Origin: Octopus vulgaris | Taxonomy: Eukaryota | Direction: 5' to 3' | Assembly: GCA_951406725.2 (NCBI GenBank) | Contig: OX597833.1 | Coordinates: 57,040,001 to 57,104,000 of the forward strand | DNA: 64,000 bases | Position numbers and translations under genes: made by a program | In this document: piece after piece, positions 12,293 through 23,860 of the stretch | How the letters are laid out: each line of letters begins with the position of its first letter | Numbering within the stretch: the first letter of the stretch is position 1 | Notes under the pieces: model-generated | Seen by the model: the letters and a program-made list of their open reading frames with translations, nothing else | Told to the model about the DNA's origin: nothing | The model's database searches: none

Positions 12293-12919
12293 TAGGGTTC
12301 CTCAACCACAAGGCCATCTGGATCATTTGGCATCGGGCCGCACAGAAAATAAATTTTAAAATTTTATTTCTATTTTGTTAATGATCGCAGTCTGCAGGGT
12401 GTTTTTGCATTGTATGTTATACATTTTATTCAGTTTTTGATACGCATGTGATCCCCCGGTACGTGAGAAAATTGGGATCTTTTCGGTTTGAACGGCAGTT
12501 TTTAACATAATTTCTAGGTAACTAAAAAATGTTAAACTTCGTATACTGGTAGAATGTGTTTATAAAACATCTTTTTCTCTTGGCTTTATTGAGAAAATTC
12601 TATAGCTTGTAAGATATTTGTTGTTTTATTTTCTTCAATTTCTGCAATTTCAATCAATCAGTGACCGTCTATTGAGGTTAAAAAAACATTATGTGCCGTA
12701 TGAATATGTCCCTCATTTAAGAAACAGATTGGGTTTATTTACATTTGTGAAGAAAAAAGATACCCTTACCCCACCCCTAACCCTGAAACAGATTGAAAAG
12801 CAATAGATCGATACTATGGGTGACAATTTCATATGACACCGCTAGAAAAAACTGCCGTTCAAACCGAAAAGATCCGAAAATTGTCTTGCATGAAAGTGGT
12901 CTGTGGTTGAGGACAGCTA
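12293..12919. mobile_element. Degenerate hAT-like MITE hosting the Merlin-like MITE
   Basis: Ends TAGGGTTCCTCAACC ... GGTTGAGGACAGCTA; TSD not recognisable. Confidence 0.5.
12475..12875. mobile_element. Complete Merlin-like MITE (401 bp)
   Basis: Perfect TIRs GGATCTTTTCGGTTTGAACGGCAGTTTTT and an 8-bp TSD GAAAATTG (12467-12474, 12876-12883). GG termini with an 8-bp TSD fit the Merlin superfamily. Confidence 0.8.
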
Positions 12920-13522
12920 AATGTTTGTAGATTTAGTTATTAGTTTACATTATACTAAAAATAAATATTGTAAGTTCAAAAGCACGGACGATTTTAAAAC
13001 GTATCTAAAAAAAAAAAAGTTTGGAAAACTAACAGACCTAATCTGACTTATCTTACAGAATTCGTCAACTTAAGCCATCTGAATAATCTAGATTGCTCAA
13101 ATATTGATTGCCTTAGTCCATTTCCATCTATGAATAATTCGTTAACTGTCCAATTTTAGTATTTGCAAGAAAAAAAAAACAAACGAAAAAAATATCTTCG
13201 GGATATAATGTATAACAGGGGAAAAATACATTAAGATATGATATATTTATGATACATAGGAATAAAATCATGGACGATGCGTCTACTGTTTTAATATCTA
13301 AAATGAATATTTTTTTTTCATTTTCCTTGCGTGCGAGTTAAGATTCTTACGGAGACAGCAAATGGCAATAATTACACGACTGGAACCAATGCTTAGGCGA
13401 TCCTTCATATTGCAACCGTAAACAACAACAACAACAACAAAAAAATGAAAACATAAACGTCTTTAACATTTTGATAAATTTAAAGAACAAAACCCCTCTC
13501 GATTTTCGAGCGGAAAAAACTC

Positions 13523-13845
13523 GGATCTTTTCGGTTTGAACGGCAGTTTTTTCTAGCGGTGTCATATGAAATTGTCACCCATAATTATGACCCTAGTATC
13601 GATCTATTGCATTTCAATCTGTGTTAGGGTTAGGATTAGGGGTGGGGAGAAGGGTATCTTTTTTCTTCACAAATGTAAATAAACCCAATCTGTTTCTTAA
13701 ACGAGGGACATATTCATACGGCACAGAATGTTGTTTACCTCAATGGACGTCATTGATTGGTTGAAATTGCAGAAATTGAAGAAAAGAGACAACAAATATC
13801 TTACAAATTATAGAATTTTGTCAATAAAGCCAAGAGAGAAAGACA
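13523..13845. mobile_element. Truncated copy of the Merlin-like MITE in inverted orientation
   Basis: Reverse complement of ~12565-12875; one TIR is retained. Confidence 0.85.
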
Positions 13846-14075
13846 TGCCACAAAGGACTTTATTTCCTGGGAAATGGAGGTGGTTAGCGAAACCTCGATC
13901 TTCCCTCCTGTTTCTTTATTAGCCACAAGGGCCCAAACATAGAGGGGTACAATACAGCCTGATTGGGATCAGACACACAATGATTATATGACTTTTAAAA
14001 TTTTACAAAATATAATGAAATCGAATGAGATACAACAAAGACAAAATACAAACATGAAATGAAGCAGAGGGATGG

Positions 14076-14335
14076 GTCACTGCCTGGAATCGAACTCGGA
14101 ATCTTTGGGTTAGTAGCCTGTGCTCTTAACTCCAAGATTCCGAGTTCAATTCCAGGCAGTGACATTAATAATAATAATAACAACATCAAAAAATACCTTA
14201 GGAATGAGAACCCAGGTTCAAAATTTCCCCAAGACACCTGATGAAGGCTGGAGGGTATATCAGCTGAAACATAGTGTTAACAACAAACAAAATGAGGACA
14301 AATATCCGTCAAATATAAATAATGTAAATAATGAA
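14076..14335 (+). mobile_element. Retrozyme/Penelope-like non-autonomous element: inverted tRNA-like segment plus hammerhead
   Basis: 37-bp inverted arms (14076-14163) each contain a B box GAGTTC(G/A)ATTCC, followed by (TAA)n and a hammerhead motif at 14233-14278. Confidence 0.65.
14233..14278 (+). ncRNA. Minimal type I hammerhead ribozyme motif
   Basis: GACAC-CTGATGA-AGGCTG-GAGGGTATAT-CAGCT-GAAAC-ATA-GTGTT: stem I GACAC/GTGTT, perfect CUGAUGA and GAAA cores, stem II GCTG/CAGC. Stem III AC-AT is likely CpG-decayed from ACGT. Confidence 0.7.
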
Positions 14336-14852
14336 GAAAGTAATTTAGTTGTGTAATCCAGTTTATTCAAGAAAGACAAAACTTAAAAAGCATAAAAAGT
14401 GGACAACGATGTTACATTTCCACTACAGATTTTCATTTATTAAACAGATAGTATAGTAATGTTCTTAGATTAAGCTCTCTGCCAAAACATTTTCTTTTAT
14501 ATAAAAGACATAATAGAAAATAAAACAAAGCCTAAAATTATATCTGTTCTTCTGACCAAGAAAACTAGTTCAGTAGGAGATGAATAAATGAATAGGATTG
14601 GCCTCACTAATTCTCTTCTTGCTAAATTATAAATATTACTCTATATTTCTGTGTTTACTCTTTGTTCATTTTATTCTATTAATTGCTGGGAGTGTCAGAT
14701 GTTTGACCATTGACAGTATGATAATGAGTTCAGAATTTACAAGAGAGATTTTGAATAATGAAATCACAGAGAAACGAATATTTAACTTAATGAAATAAAC
14801 ATCAAAGAATCGTTGCTCCATGTAGAGTAACTTAAAGGTATTGCAAGCTCTA

Positions 14853-15080
14853 AGGCGGCGAGCTGGCAGAAACGTTAGCACACCGGGCGAAATGCTTAGC
14901 GGTATTTTGTCTGCTGCTACGTTCTGTGTTCAAATTCCACCAAGGTCGACTTTGCCTTTCATCCTTTCGGGGTCGATAAATTAAGTACCAATTACGCACT
15001 GGGGTTGATATAATTGACTTAATCCGTTTGTCTGTGCTTGTTTGTCCTCTCTGTGTTTGGCCCCTTCTGGGTAGTAAAAT
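14853..15080 (+). mobile_element. SINE family B
   Basis: Full-length copy with TSD AGGTATTGCAAGCTCT. Confidence 0.9.
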
Positions 15081-15685
15081 AGGTATTGCAAGCTCTTCTC
15101 CTGATGGTGATTGTGTATCTTCAGCAAGTTTCTCCAGATCACAAATGTTCACCACTTAGCTCTTGTATGCTATACCTGAGTGGGACAGTGAAAACTGAAT
15201 TAGCCTTCACCTACAGAAGGTTTTCAGCCGTGGTCTCTTGTCAACCACAACTATCTTGAATTGGTCTCATCTGCCAAAGCTATTTCTTTGGTGGTTTTCT
15301 TCAGTTAATAGAATATACATTTCTTATCACAAATATTTCTGATTGAATATGTGATGTTCATCACATCATTTTAATGTCCACTTTTCTCTGCCCTTTCTGT
15401 TTCCAAACAAGATAATATTTTTCCCTGGCTGAACTTGTTTTCACAGAAGATTGGAAATAAATGACACCATCTGTATGATGATGAGTTCCATTTACAACTA
15501 TTGTGTGATGTCAAGACGAGACATGCACATACGTACACACTCACACATCAAATTGCGACTGGCTTCCTTCAGTTTCCATGTACCAGATTCACTTAAAAGG
15601 CTTTAAGTGGGCTTGGAACTATAATAGAAGACATATGCCCAAGGGGCTGTGCAGTGGGACTGAACATGTAACCATATGGTTGGAA

Positions 15686-15915
15686 CGGTGGCGAGCTGGC
15701 AGAAACGTTAGCACGCTGGGCGAAATTCGTAGCTGTATTTCGTCTGCCGGTACGTTCTGAGTTCAAATTCCGCTGAGGTCGGCTTTGCCTTTCATCCTTT
15801 CGGGGTCGATGAATAAAGTACCAGTTACACACTGGGGTCGATGTAATCGACTTAATCCCTTTGTCTGTCCTTGTTTGTCCCCTCTATGTTTAGCCCCTTG
15901 TGGGCAATAAACAAA
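15686..15915 (+). mobile_element. SINE family B nested in an older minus-strand SINE
   Basis: TSD CATATGGTTGGAA. The flanks join into a family-A-like head plus RTE-type tail (~15360-15963). Confidence 0.85.
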
Positions 15916-16091
15916 TACATATGGTTGGAAAGTGAACTTCTAAACCACACAGCCATGCCTGCACATATCACCAATTTGCAAGTTACAACGCACTAGCAAT
16001 ATGTATTTTTAACATGCAAATAACCATGTGATGCATGTTTCCTCTCCATGTATGGTTGGCTGTTTGATTCCTCATCAGGTTTTATTTTCAG

Positions 16092-16173
16092 TCCTGCTGG
16101 GTGTCCACAACGCTCTTCATAAAACAACCTCAAGTCATGAGGCTGTTTTAGTCATTGACCATCCATCCATGAG
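16092..16173 (+). other. Candidate internal exon (82 nt; 5' UTR or non-coding, ends in ATG-AG)
   Basis: Acceptor GTTTATTTTCAG| and consensus donor GAG|GTAAGT in unique sequence. One frame is open (LLGVHNALHKTTSSHEAVLVIDHPSM). Confidence 0.5.
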
Positions 16174-17364
16174 GTAAGTTACACTGAAGTACATTAAGTC
16201 TATTCTATTTTTCGTGCCTTTGTGGCAAATATAGAAATAATCATTTTTCTGTTATGATATATTTAGTAATTATATTTGTTTGTTATTTTCTTCATCTATG
16301 TTTTTATTTTATTTGTTTTCCTAATTAGAATTTGGTTAATAACTGGCTCTTTGTCGAAGTCTTATGAAAGAAAATTTCCGTCTATTCTTAGGATCAGGTA
16401 AAAAGTTTTTCTATTTTTCAAAAAAAAAAAAATCAATATGTCTGGTTGGGTTTCTTTTATATGAAGGTCTGATTAAAAATGGCTTTATTTTTAATGATGT
16501 CGAAGAATGTCTGCACAAATTTTTGTACGAATTCTGGTCGAGTATTTATAACAACAACAAAAAAATTATCATAGTTGGTAAAAAGATTCTTGTGTGATGG
16601 TAATTACTGTTTTGCTAACATATCCGAGTACATTTCATTATTTATTTATATAAGAAAAATATTAAAAATATAGTTTTCACAAACTTTACTTCCTCGAAGA
16701 CATATTTGCTGAAGACTTGGAATTTTATTCTTTGAACAATTTGATTTCTCTTTGATTTTATGCCACTGTCTGTTAAAGTTGTGTGGCAGAGAACAGTGTT
16801 TATCTTTACCGAAATCTCTCAGACGTTGACAAGCAACTAAACATATTCAATATCTGCTTAATTGATTGATTCAATAACATTTTATTCCACTTAGCAAACA
16901 TGGTTTTTTTTCTTCTTTCATGAAAGTTAAAAGACATGAAAAAATGAAAATAAAAAGATGAAATGAAAGAAATAAAATAAAATAAACAACTTCCTTTATG
17001 TCAGTGGAAGTTATGAAAGGAATACAACTTATTCTCAACTATCTTTAGCCACAATTTTCATTGAACTATGACAGCTCTAAGAAACAGGCACAGAAAATAG
17101 GTGGAAAGTCTCATAGCTTTTGGTGGGGAGAGTGAGTCTTGTGATCTATTGGAATTTTTGTGGCAGCATTGAAGATTTTATCTCTTTGTAGTGTATCAAA
17201 GAAAAAAAAGTCTGCATGGCAGATTTTTTTTTAAGCTGAATCACTTCTGGAGTGATATTCTAACTCAACATTGTAAACTATAAAACATTTGTCAATTGTA
17301 CATAATGAATTTGTTGCTTTATGAAGTTGTTTGAGTGTTGAAAGTTTTTGGGCTATTATTACAC

Positions 17365-17797
17365 TGCAGCCATGGCTGTATAGTTCAGAAGCTTACTTTC
17401 CAACCATGTGGTCTTGGGTTCTGTCCTGCAGCACAGTACCTTGGAAAAGTATCTTCTACTGTAGCCATCGGCCAACTAGAGTCTTCGGAGTGAAATTTGA
17501 TAAAGAGAAACTGAAAGAAGCTTGTTGTGTATGTAATTATGTGTATGTGTGTGTGTGTATGTGTACCCTTGTCTAGATATCACTTGATAGATGCAAATGA
17601 GCATCATCATTATCATACAAAAACAAGGTTGTCTGTTTCCAGTCTTCTGCGAAAAGCATGTCTAGCTATGGGAAAATATCATCTTACTTGAAACAGATGA
17701 AGGTTGGTGACAGGAAGGGCATCCAACTTGAAATTCTGCCTCAACAAATTCCATCTGACCTATACAAGCATGGAAAAGAGGATAATGATGATGATGA
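17365..17797 (+). mobile_element. Older SINE with family-A-like tRNA head and RTE-derived 3' tail
   Basis: Head resembles family A; tail AGGAAGGGCATCC...GCATGGAAAAG..(GAT)n matches the RTE 3' end. Confidence 0.7.
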
Positions 17798-18004
17798 GCA
17801 CCAGAAATGGTAAACTAACCATGAACCCTTTCAATTAGTGATCTAACATCTGTGTCAACTCAGCTTGTTGTAATGCTCTGGGCCCCTTTTCTACCTTCAG
17901 CCTGTCACTATCTCTCATTTTCTTGATTGACAGTCTGATTGTCATCAAATGCATAAACTTCTTTCGATGTCATATGAATGTTGTGAAGACGATCCCACCA
18001 TACC

Positions 18005-18640
18005 CTGTGCTGGTGCTGCATGAGGAGCACCTGAGTCAGCACCACCTGAAAAGCACCTGTGCTGGTACTACATCAAAAGCACCTGTGCTGGCAATACATC
18101 AAAAGCATCTGTGCTGGCATCACATCAAAAGCACCTGAGTTAGTATCACCTGAAAAGCACCTGTGCTAGCACTAGATCGAAAGCACCTGTGCTAGCACTA
18201 GATCGAAAGCACCTGTGCTAGCACTAGATCGAAAGCACCTGTGCTGGTACTACATCAAAAACACCTGAGTTAGTACCACCTGTAAAGCACCTGTGTTGGC
18301 AATACATCAAAAGCACCTGTGCTGGCATCACATCAAAAGCACCTGAGTTTGTATCACCTGAAAAGCACATGTGCTAGCACTAGATTAAAAGCACCTGTGC
18401 GGGTACCACATCAAAAGCACCTGTGCTGGCACTACATCAAAAGCACCTGTGCTGGCATTAGATCAAAAGCACCTGTGCTGGTGCTAATTAAAAAGCACCT
18501 CTGTTGAGCCATGTGAGAAGCACCTGTGCTGGGCCACTTAAAAAGCACCTATGCCAGGTCATGTGAAAAGCACTGGTTTCATGTAAAAAGCACCTGTACC
18601 CGTGCCTCGTAAATAGCACCTGTGCCAGTGCCTCGTAAAA
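18005..18640. repeat. ~26-bp minisatellite (AAAAGCACCTGTGCTGGYACTACATC), ~23 degenerate copies
   Basis: AAAAGCACC recurs with a 26-bp period and runs into an RTE 3' UTR. Confidence 0.9.
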
Positions 18641-19315
18641 AGCACCCAGCACACTTTGTAAAGTGGTTGGCATTAGGAAGAGCATCAAGCCGTAGAGACC
18701 ATGCCAAAACAGACATGGAACCTGGGCAGCTCTCCAGCTTGCCATCTCTTGTCAAATCGTCCAACCCATGCCCGGATGAAAAACAAATGTTAAATGACGA
18801 TGATGATAAGGAAGGCGAAACTATGCTGCAACCTTAATACAGCATCTGTCTTTAGTTCCCAAATTAGACCTCTTCTTTGTCAAAACAAGCTGATGTGTAA
18901 AAGGTAAAAGAAAAAAGTCTCTTACTTTGATTGTTTAGCCCTAGTCAACATTGATTGAACAGACCTATGATCAGAGGCATTCCAGCAGTTTTTGTCTGCA
19001 TTTCCCTATTTCTGTTTGTGTGTGTGTGTGTTTTATGTTATGTAATGAGAGAGATTTTGTTACTATGTCTAGCAAATTGAATGACCATGTAGCAGGTTCC
19101 CTTGGTGACAATGATATTTTATGTGTGTGTTGAGTGAGTGATATGTTATTAATGATTTACATAGTGACTTATGAATCTGAATAGATGTATGTATCTAAGT
19201 ACTAACACATACACACACACACACACACACACACTTATTTACACAAGCACATACACTAATTATACCTATATGAATATGTATATATATATAGATATATATG
19301 TACATATACATATAA

Positions 19316-19348
<33 letters not shown>

Positions 19349-19461
19349 CATACATACATACATACACATATATATATATACATACACATATATATACATA
19401 TATATGTATATACATATATATATGTACATATATATATACATATATATACATATATATATAT

Positions 19462-19495
<34 letters not shown>

Positions 19496-20244
19496 TTATA
19501 CACACACATACACACAAAATTGCCTTTGTATGCACATACTTTATGCATACATAATGTAAAGCTATATTTGAGTATTTCTACAAACAAATGTATATTCTTG
19601 TACAAACAGATACAACTACAGATACACACACACACACACTTGCACACTTACACCTATATGTGTAACCACAAACACTAACTTTATAAATACATGCGTACAC
19701 AAACACACACGTCTGTATAGACGTGTATACCCGTTATTATGTAAGCACGTATGCTAACTTTATGCATACATAATGTAAATACATATTCGAATCTCTAGAC
19801 AAACTTATGTATATTCTTGTACACACATACATATATATATATATATACACATAGGGGATTTATCAGTATTTACAAGAAAAATGTTTTTAGAAATATCTGC
19901 AGGGTTAAAAACGTGTTGAAAAGATGTCTGTGACACATGAAGAATGGGAAACTTTTGATGCTATTGATACATTCGGACACTGGTGGTCATTCCAAGATCT
20001 CTCTCTACATTAATTACGACGCTGACAACTGGCTTTGAAATGAAGGAAATAGCATTCTAGTCAGGTTTCATTAATATCAGTTCCAACGAAGGAGTTTACA
20101 GTCTTTATCTTGGATTAATGCCTGGAAGAGGATAAAATAAAAAAAAAAGAGGAGATGGGGATTGATAAAAGTGTGAGGTGGTGATAGGGGTCTTTTGTTC
20201 TTTTTCTTTTTGTTTTGCAGCTTTAAAAAAGTTTTTTTCCAGTT

Positions 20245-20410
20245 TAGGCATAGGAGTGGCTGTGTGGTAAGTAGCTTGCTAATGAACCACATGGTTCTGG
20301 GTTCAGTCCCACTGCGTGGCACCTTGGGCAAGTGTCTTCTACTATAGCCTCGGGCCGACCAAAGCCTTGGGAGTGGATTGGTAGACAGAAACTGAAAGAA
20401 GCCCGTCGTA
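20245..20410 (+). mobile_element. SINE family A, 5' half (3' half at ~23120-23335), split by the RTE insertion
   Basis: The head ends at the internal (TA)n tract and the matching tail resumes after the LINE. Confidence 0.75.
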
Positions 20411-20698
20411 TATATATATCATCATCATCATCGTTTAACGTCCGTTCTCCATGCTAGCATGGGTTGGACGGTTCGACCGGGGTTCTGGGAAGCCAGAAGG
20501 CTGCACCAGGCTCCAGTCTAATCTGGCAATGTTTCTACAGCTGGATGCCCTTCCTAACACCAACCACTCCGTGAGTGTAGTGGGTGCTTTTTACGTGCCA
20601 CCTGCACAGGTGCCAGGCGAGGCTGGCAACGGCCACGGTCAGATTGGTGTATTTTATGTGCCACCGGCACGGAAGCCAGTCGAGGCGGTGCTGGCATC

Positions 20699-21160
20699 GG
20701 CCACGAGTCGGATAGTGCTTTTTACGTACCACCAGACCAGGGATCCTGGCTGGTTCAATTCGATTTCGATTTCGCTTGCCCCAACATGTCTTCACAAGCA
20801 AAGGGGGTTGGCATGGGTGCCTGTCGTACGGTCGCATTGGAGTATTTTACGTGCCACGGCCATGAGTCGGATAGTGCTTTTTACGTACCACCAGACCAGG
20901 GATCCTGGCTGGTTCAATTCGATTTCGATTTCGCTTGCCCCAACATGTCTTCACAAGCAAAGGGGGTTGGCATGGGTGCCTGTCGTACGGTCGCATTGGA
21001 GTATTTTACGTGCCACGGCCACGAGTCGGATAGTGCTTTTTACGTACCACCAGGCCAGGGATCCTGGCTGGTTCAATTCGGTTTCAATTTCGATTTCGAT
21101 TTCGCTTGCCCCAACATGTCTTCGCAAGCATGGGGGGTTGGCATGGGTGTCTGTCGTCAG
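20699..21160. repeat. 159-bp tandem repeat x3 in the RTE 3' UTR
   Basis: GGCCAYGAGTCGGATAGTGC recurs at 20699, 20858 and 21017. Confidence 0.95.
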
Positions 21161-21240
21161 ATGAGGTTCTATATCGACTTTGCTTGCCTCAACAGGTCTT
21201 TGTGTCCAAGGGAGGAAAGGCATTCATAAGTGGGCTGGGC

Positions 21241-22883
21241 TCACTTGTCCTGCCTGGTCTTCTCACGTACAGAATATTTCCAAAGGTCTCGGTCGCTGGT
21301 CATTTCCTCAGTGAGGCCTAAAGTTCGAAGGTCGTGCTTCACCACCTCGTCCCAGGTTTTCCTGGGTCTACCTCTTCCACGGGTTCCCTCAACTGCTAGG
21401 GATTGGCACTTTCTCACACACCTATCTTCATCCATTCTCGCCACATGACCATACCAGCGCAATCGTCTCTCTTGCACACCACAACTGATGCTTCTTAGGT
21501 ACAACATTTCTCTCAAGGTGCTAACGCTCTGTCGAGTATGTACACTGACATTACACATCCAACGGAGCATACTGGCTTCATTCCTCACGAGCTTACGCAT
21601 GTCCTCAGCAGTCACGGCCCATGTTTCGCTGCCATGTAGCATGGCTGTTCGTACACACGCATCATACAGTCTGCCTTTTACTCTGAGCGAGAGGCCTTTA
21701 GTCACCAGCAGAGGTAAGAGCTCCCTAAACTTTGCCCAGGCTATTCTTATTCTAGCAGTTACACTTTCAGCGCACCCACCACCACTACTGACTTGGTCAC
21801 CTAGATAACGGAAGCTATCAACTACTTCTAGTTTTTCCCCCTGGAAAGTGACGGAAGTTGTTTTCTGCAGATTTTCGGAGGTTAATGCTCCCGAGCATCT
21901 GCCACATACAAAAACTATCTTCCCAGTTAGCCTACCTTTGACATTGCTGCACCTCTTATGTGTCCATAGCTTACACTGGGTACATCTTATAGAGTTTCTA
22001 TCTACACCTTTTCTACAGATCGAGCAGGGCCATCTTCCTGAAGACATTTGTGGATTGTCTACCTTCCTACTTATTAGTACTTTGGTTTTAGCTAGGTTGA
22101 CTCTAAGGCCCCTTGATTCTAAACCCTCCTTCCACACCTGGAACTTCTCCTCCAGTTCTGATAGTGACTCAGCAATAAGAGCAAGGTCGTCAGCGTAGAG
22201 GAGCTCCCAGGGACAGCCTGTCTTGAATTCCTCCGTAATTGCCTGGAGTACTATGATAAATAGGAGGGGGCTGAGTACTGAACCCTGGTGGACCCCAACC
22301 TCTACTTTGAATTCTTCTGTGTACATGTTGCCAACCCTAACCTTACTTACGGCATCTCTGTACATGGCTTGCACAGTCCTCACCAGCCATTCATCTATCC
22401 CTAGTTTCCTCATTGACCACCAGATAAGGGATCGGGGGACCCTATCAAAAGCTTTCTCCATGTCAACGAAAGCCAGGTACAGGGGCTTATCTTTGGCTAG
22501 GTATTTCTCCTGCAGCTGCCTTACCAGGAATATAGCATCAGTGGTACTTTTCCCTGGCACGAACCCAAACTGCATCTCATCTAAACTAACTCTCTCTCTA
22601 ATTAGTTGGGCTATGACCCTCTCCGTAACCTTCATTACTTGATCCAACAGCTTGATACCTCTGTAATTATTTGTATCTAGGGCATCACCTTTACCTTTGT
22701 AGCAGTTGACTAGTATGCTGCTGCACCAGTCATTGGGTATGACTCCTTCGTGTATCACCTGGTTGACTATACAGGTGACTAGGTTATAGCCGACACTGCC
22801 AGATATTTTGAGCATCTCTGCAGTAATTCCTGATGGGCCTGGGGCTTTCCCTGTCTTCATGCTTCTAATTGCCTTAGCTACCA
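21241..22883 (-). CDS. RTE reverse transcriptase, N-terminally truncated, with a PHD-like zinc finger
   Basis: Motifs GKAPGPSG, NYRGIKLL, QFGF, FVDMEKAFD, GVHQGSVLSP, LLYADD, FRYLG, RLRWYGHV and GRGRPRKTW; no stop over ~547 codons. The track's start codon lies in flanking DNA. Confidence 0.93.
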
Positions 22884-22934
22884 ATATAAATAAAATGGAC
22901 AAGGAACAGGTTGCTAAGCCATCTGTTGCTTGCC

Positions 22935-22976
<42 letters not shown>

Positions 22977-23078
22977 CCTTTTTAAAAAGGTTCCTACCAA
23001 TAATGGTTATATTTCCATACCGAAATCTACCCGGAAATAATTGTTGATTTTGAAATTAATAATTATTTACCCTTATAT

Positions 23079-23122
<44 letters not shown>

Positions 23123-23558
23123 GTGTGTATATGTTTGTGTCTGTGTTTGTCCCCCCCAAGATTGTTTGACAACCGATGCTGGTGTGTTTATGTCCCCATA
23201 ACTTAGTGGTTCGACAAAAATTACTGATAGAATAAGTACTAGGCTTCCAAAGAATAAGTACTGAGGTTGAGTTGCTTGACTAAAGGTGGTGCTCCAGCAT
23301 GGCCGCAGTCAAATGACTGAAACAAGTAAAAGAGTTTGACCATGGCCATGCTGGTGGGGGTGGGGCACTTCCCTCAAAGGTTTGCACCAATTATGGTGCT
23401 CCTTCATCCCTTCTGTACTTAATCTTGCATTTATTTTATTTTGTTCTCTTGAGATATGAAACGCAAAGTAAACACTGTTGTGTGTTTAGTCTCACACAAA
23501 TACTACAAGATACTTCTGTTTGAACAGGATGTACTTGTTCTCACCTCATGCTGATGTA

Positions 23559-23624
<66 letters not shown>

Positions 23625-23630
<6 letters not shown>

Positions 23631-23860
23631 GCTCAGTTGAAGTCGACTCTCAGCCACTCGTTGGATCAGTGTCCTCCAGTCAGTTCTATCCCGGGCTGCT
23701 TCCTTCAGATTGGCCATGTCCATTCCAGTATTACTCCTGATGGTGTCAAGCCAGTGGGTTCTTGGTCGGCCTCTTCCTCTCTTGCCACTGACCATTCCGA
23801 GCATGATGTCCTTCTCCAGGGATTTTCTCCACATAATATGACTGAGATATGCCAATCTAC
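23625..23860 (-). mobile_element. RTE-clade LINE 3' fragment (third family) with a (GA)n(TG)n tail
   Basis: RLAYLSHIMWRKSLEKDIMLGMVSGKRGRGRPRTHWLDTI...ESRLQLSG*, an RTE/BovB-like C-terminus. Confidence 0.85.

Larger units (their letters stand above)
20419..22883 (-). mobile_element. 5'-truncated RTE-clade LINE (young)
   Basis: Open RT frame, ~820-bp 3' UTR with three 159-bp repeats and a (GAT)n tail. The APE endonuclease part is missing. Confidence 0.95.

Noticed and set aside
13624-13650. TTAGGG telomere-like repeats
   Set aside because: Only 2-3 imperfect units inside a MITE.
18005-18640. CRISPR-like appearance of the short repeat arrays (also 11141, 24353, 51504)
   Set aside because: Contiguous tandem units without unique spacers, derived from adjacent TEs, in eukaryotic DNA with no cas genes.
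20451-21164. 237-aa ORF with 53-aa repeats
   Set aside because: Antisense reading of the RTE 3' UTR tandem repeat.
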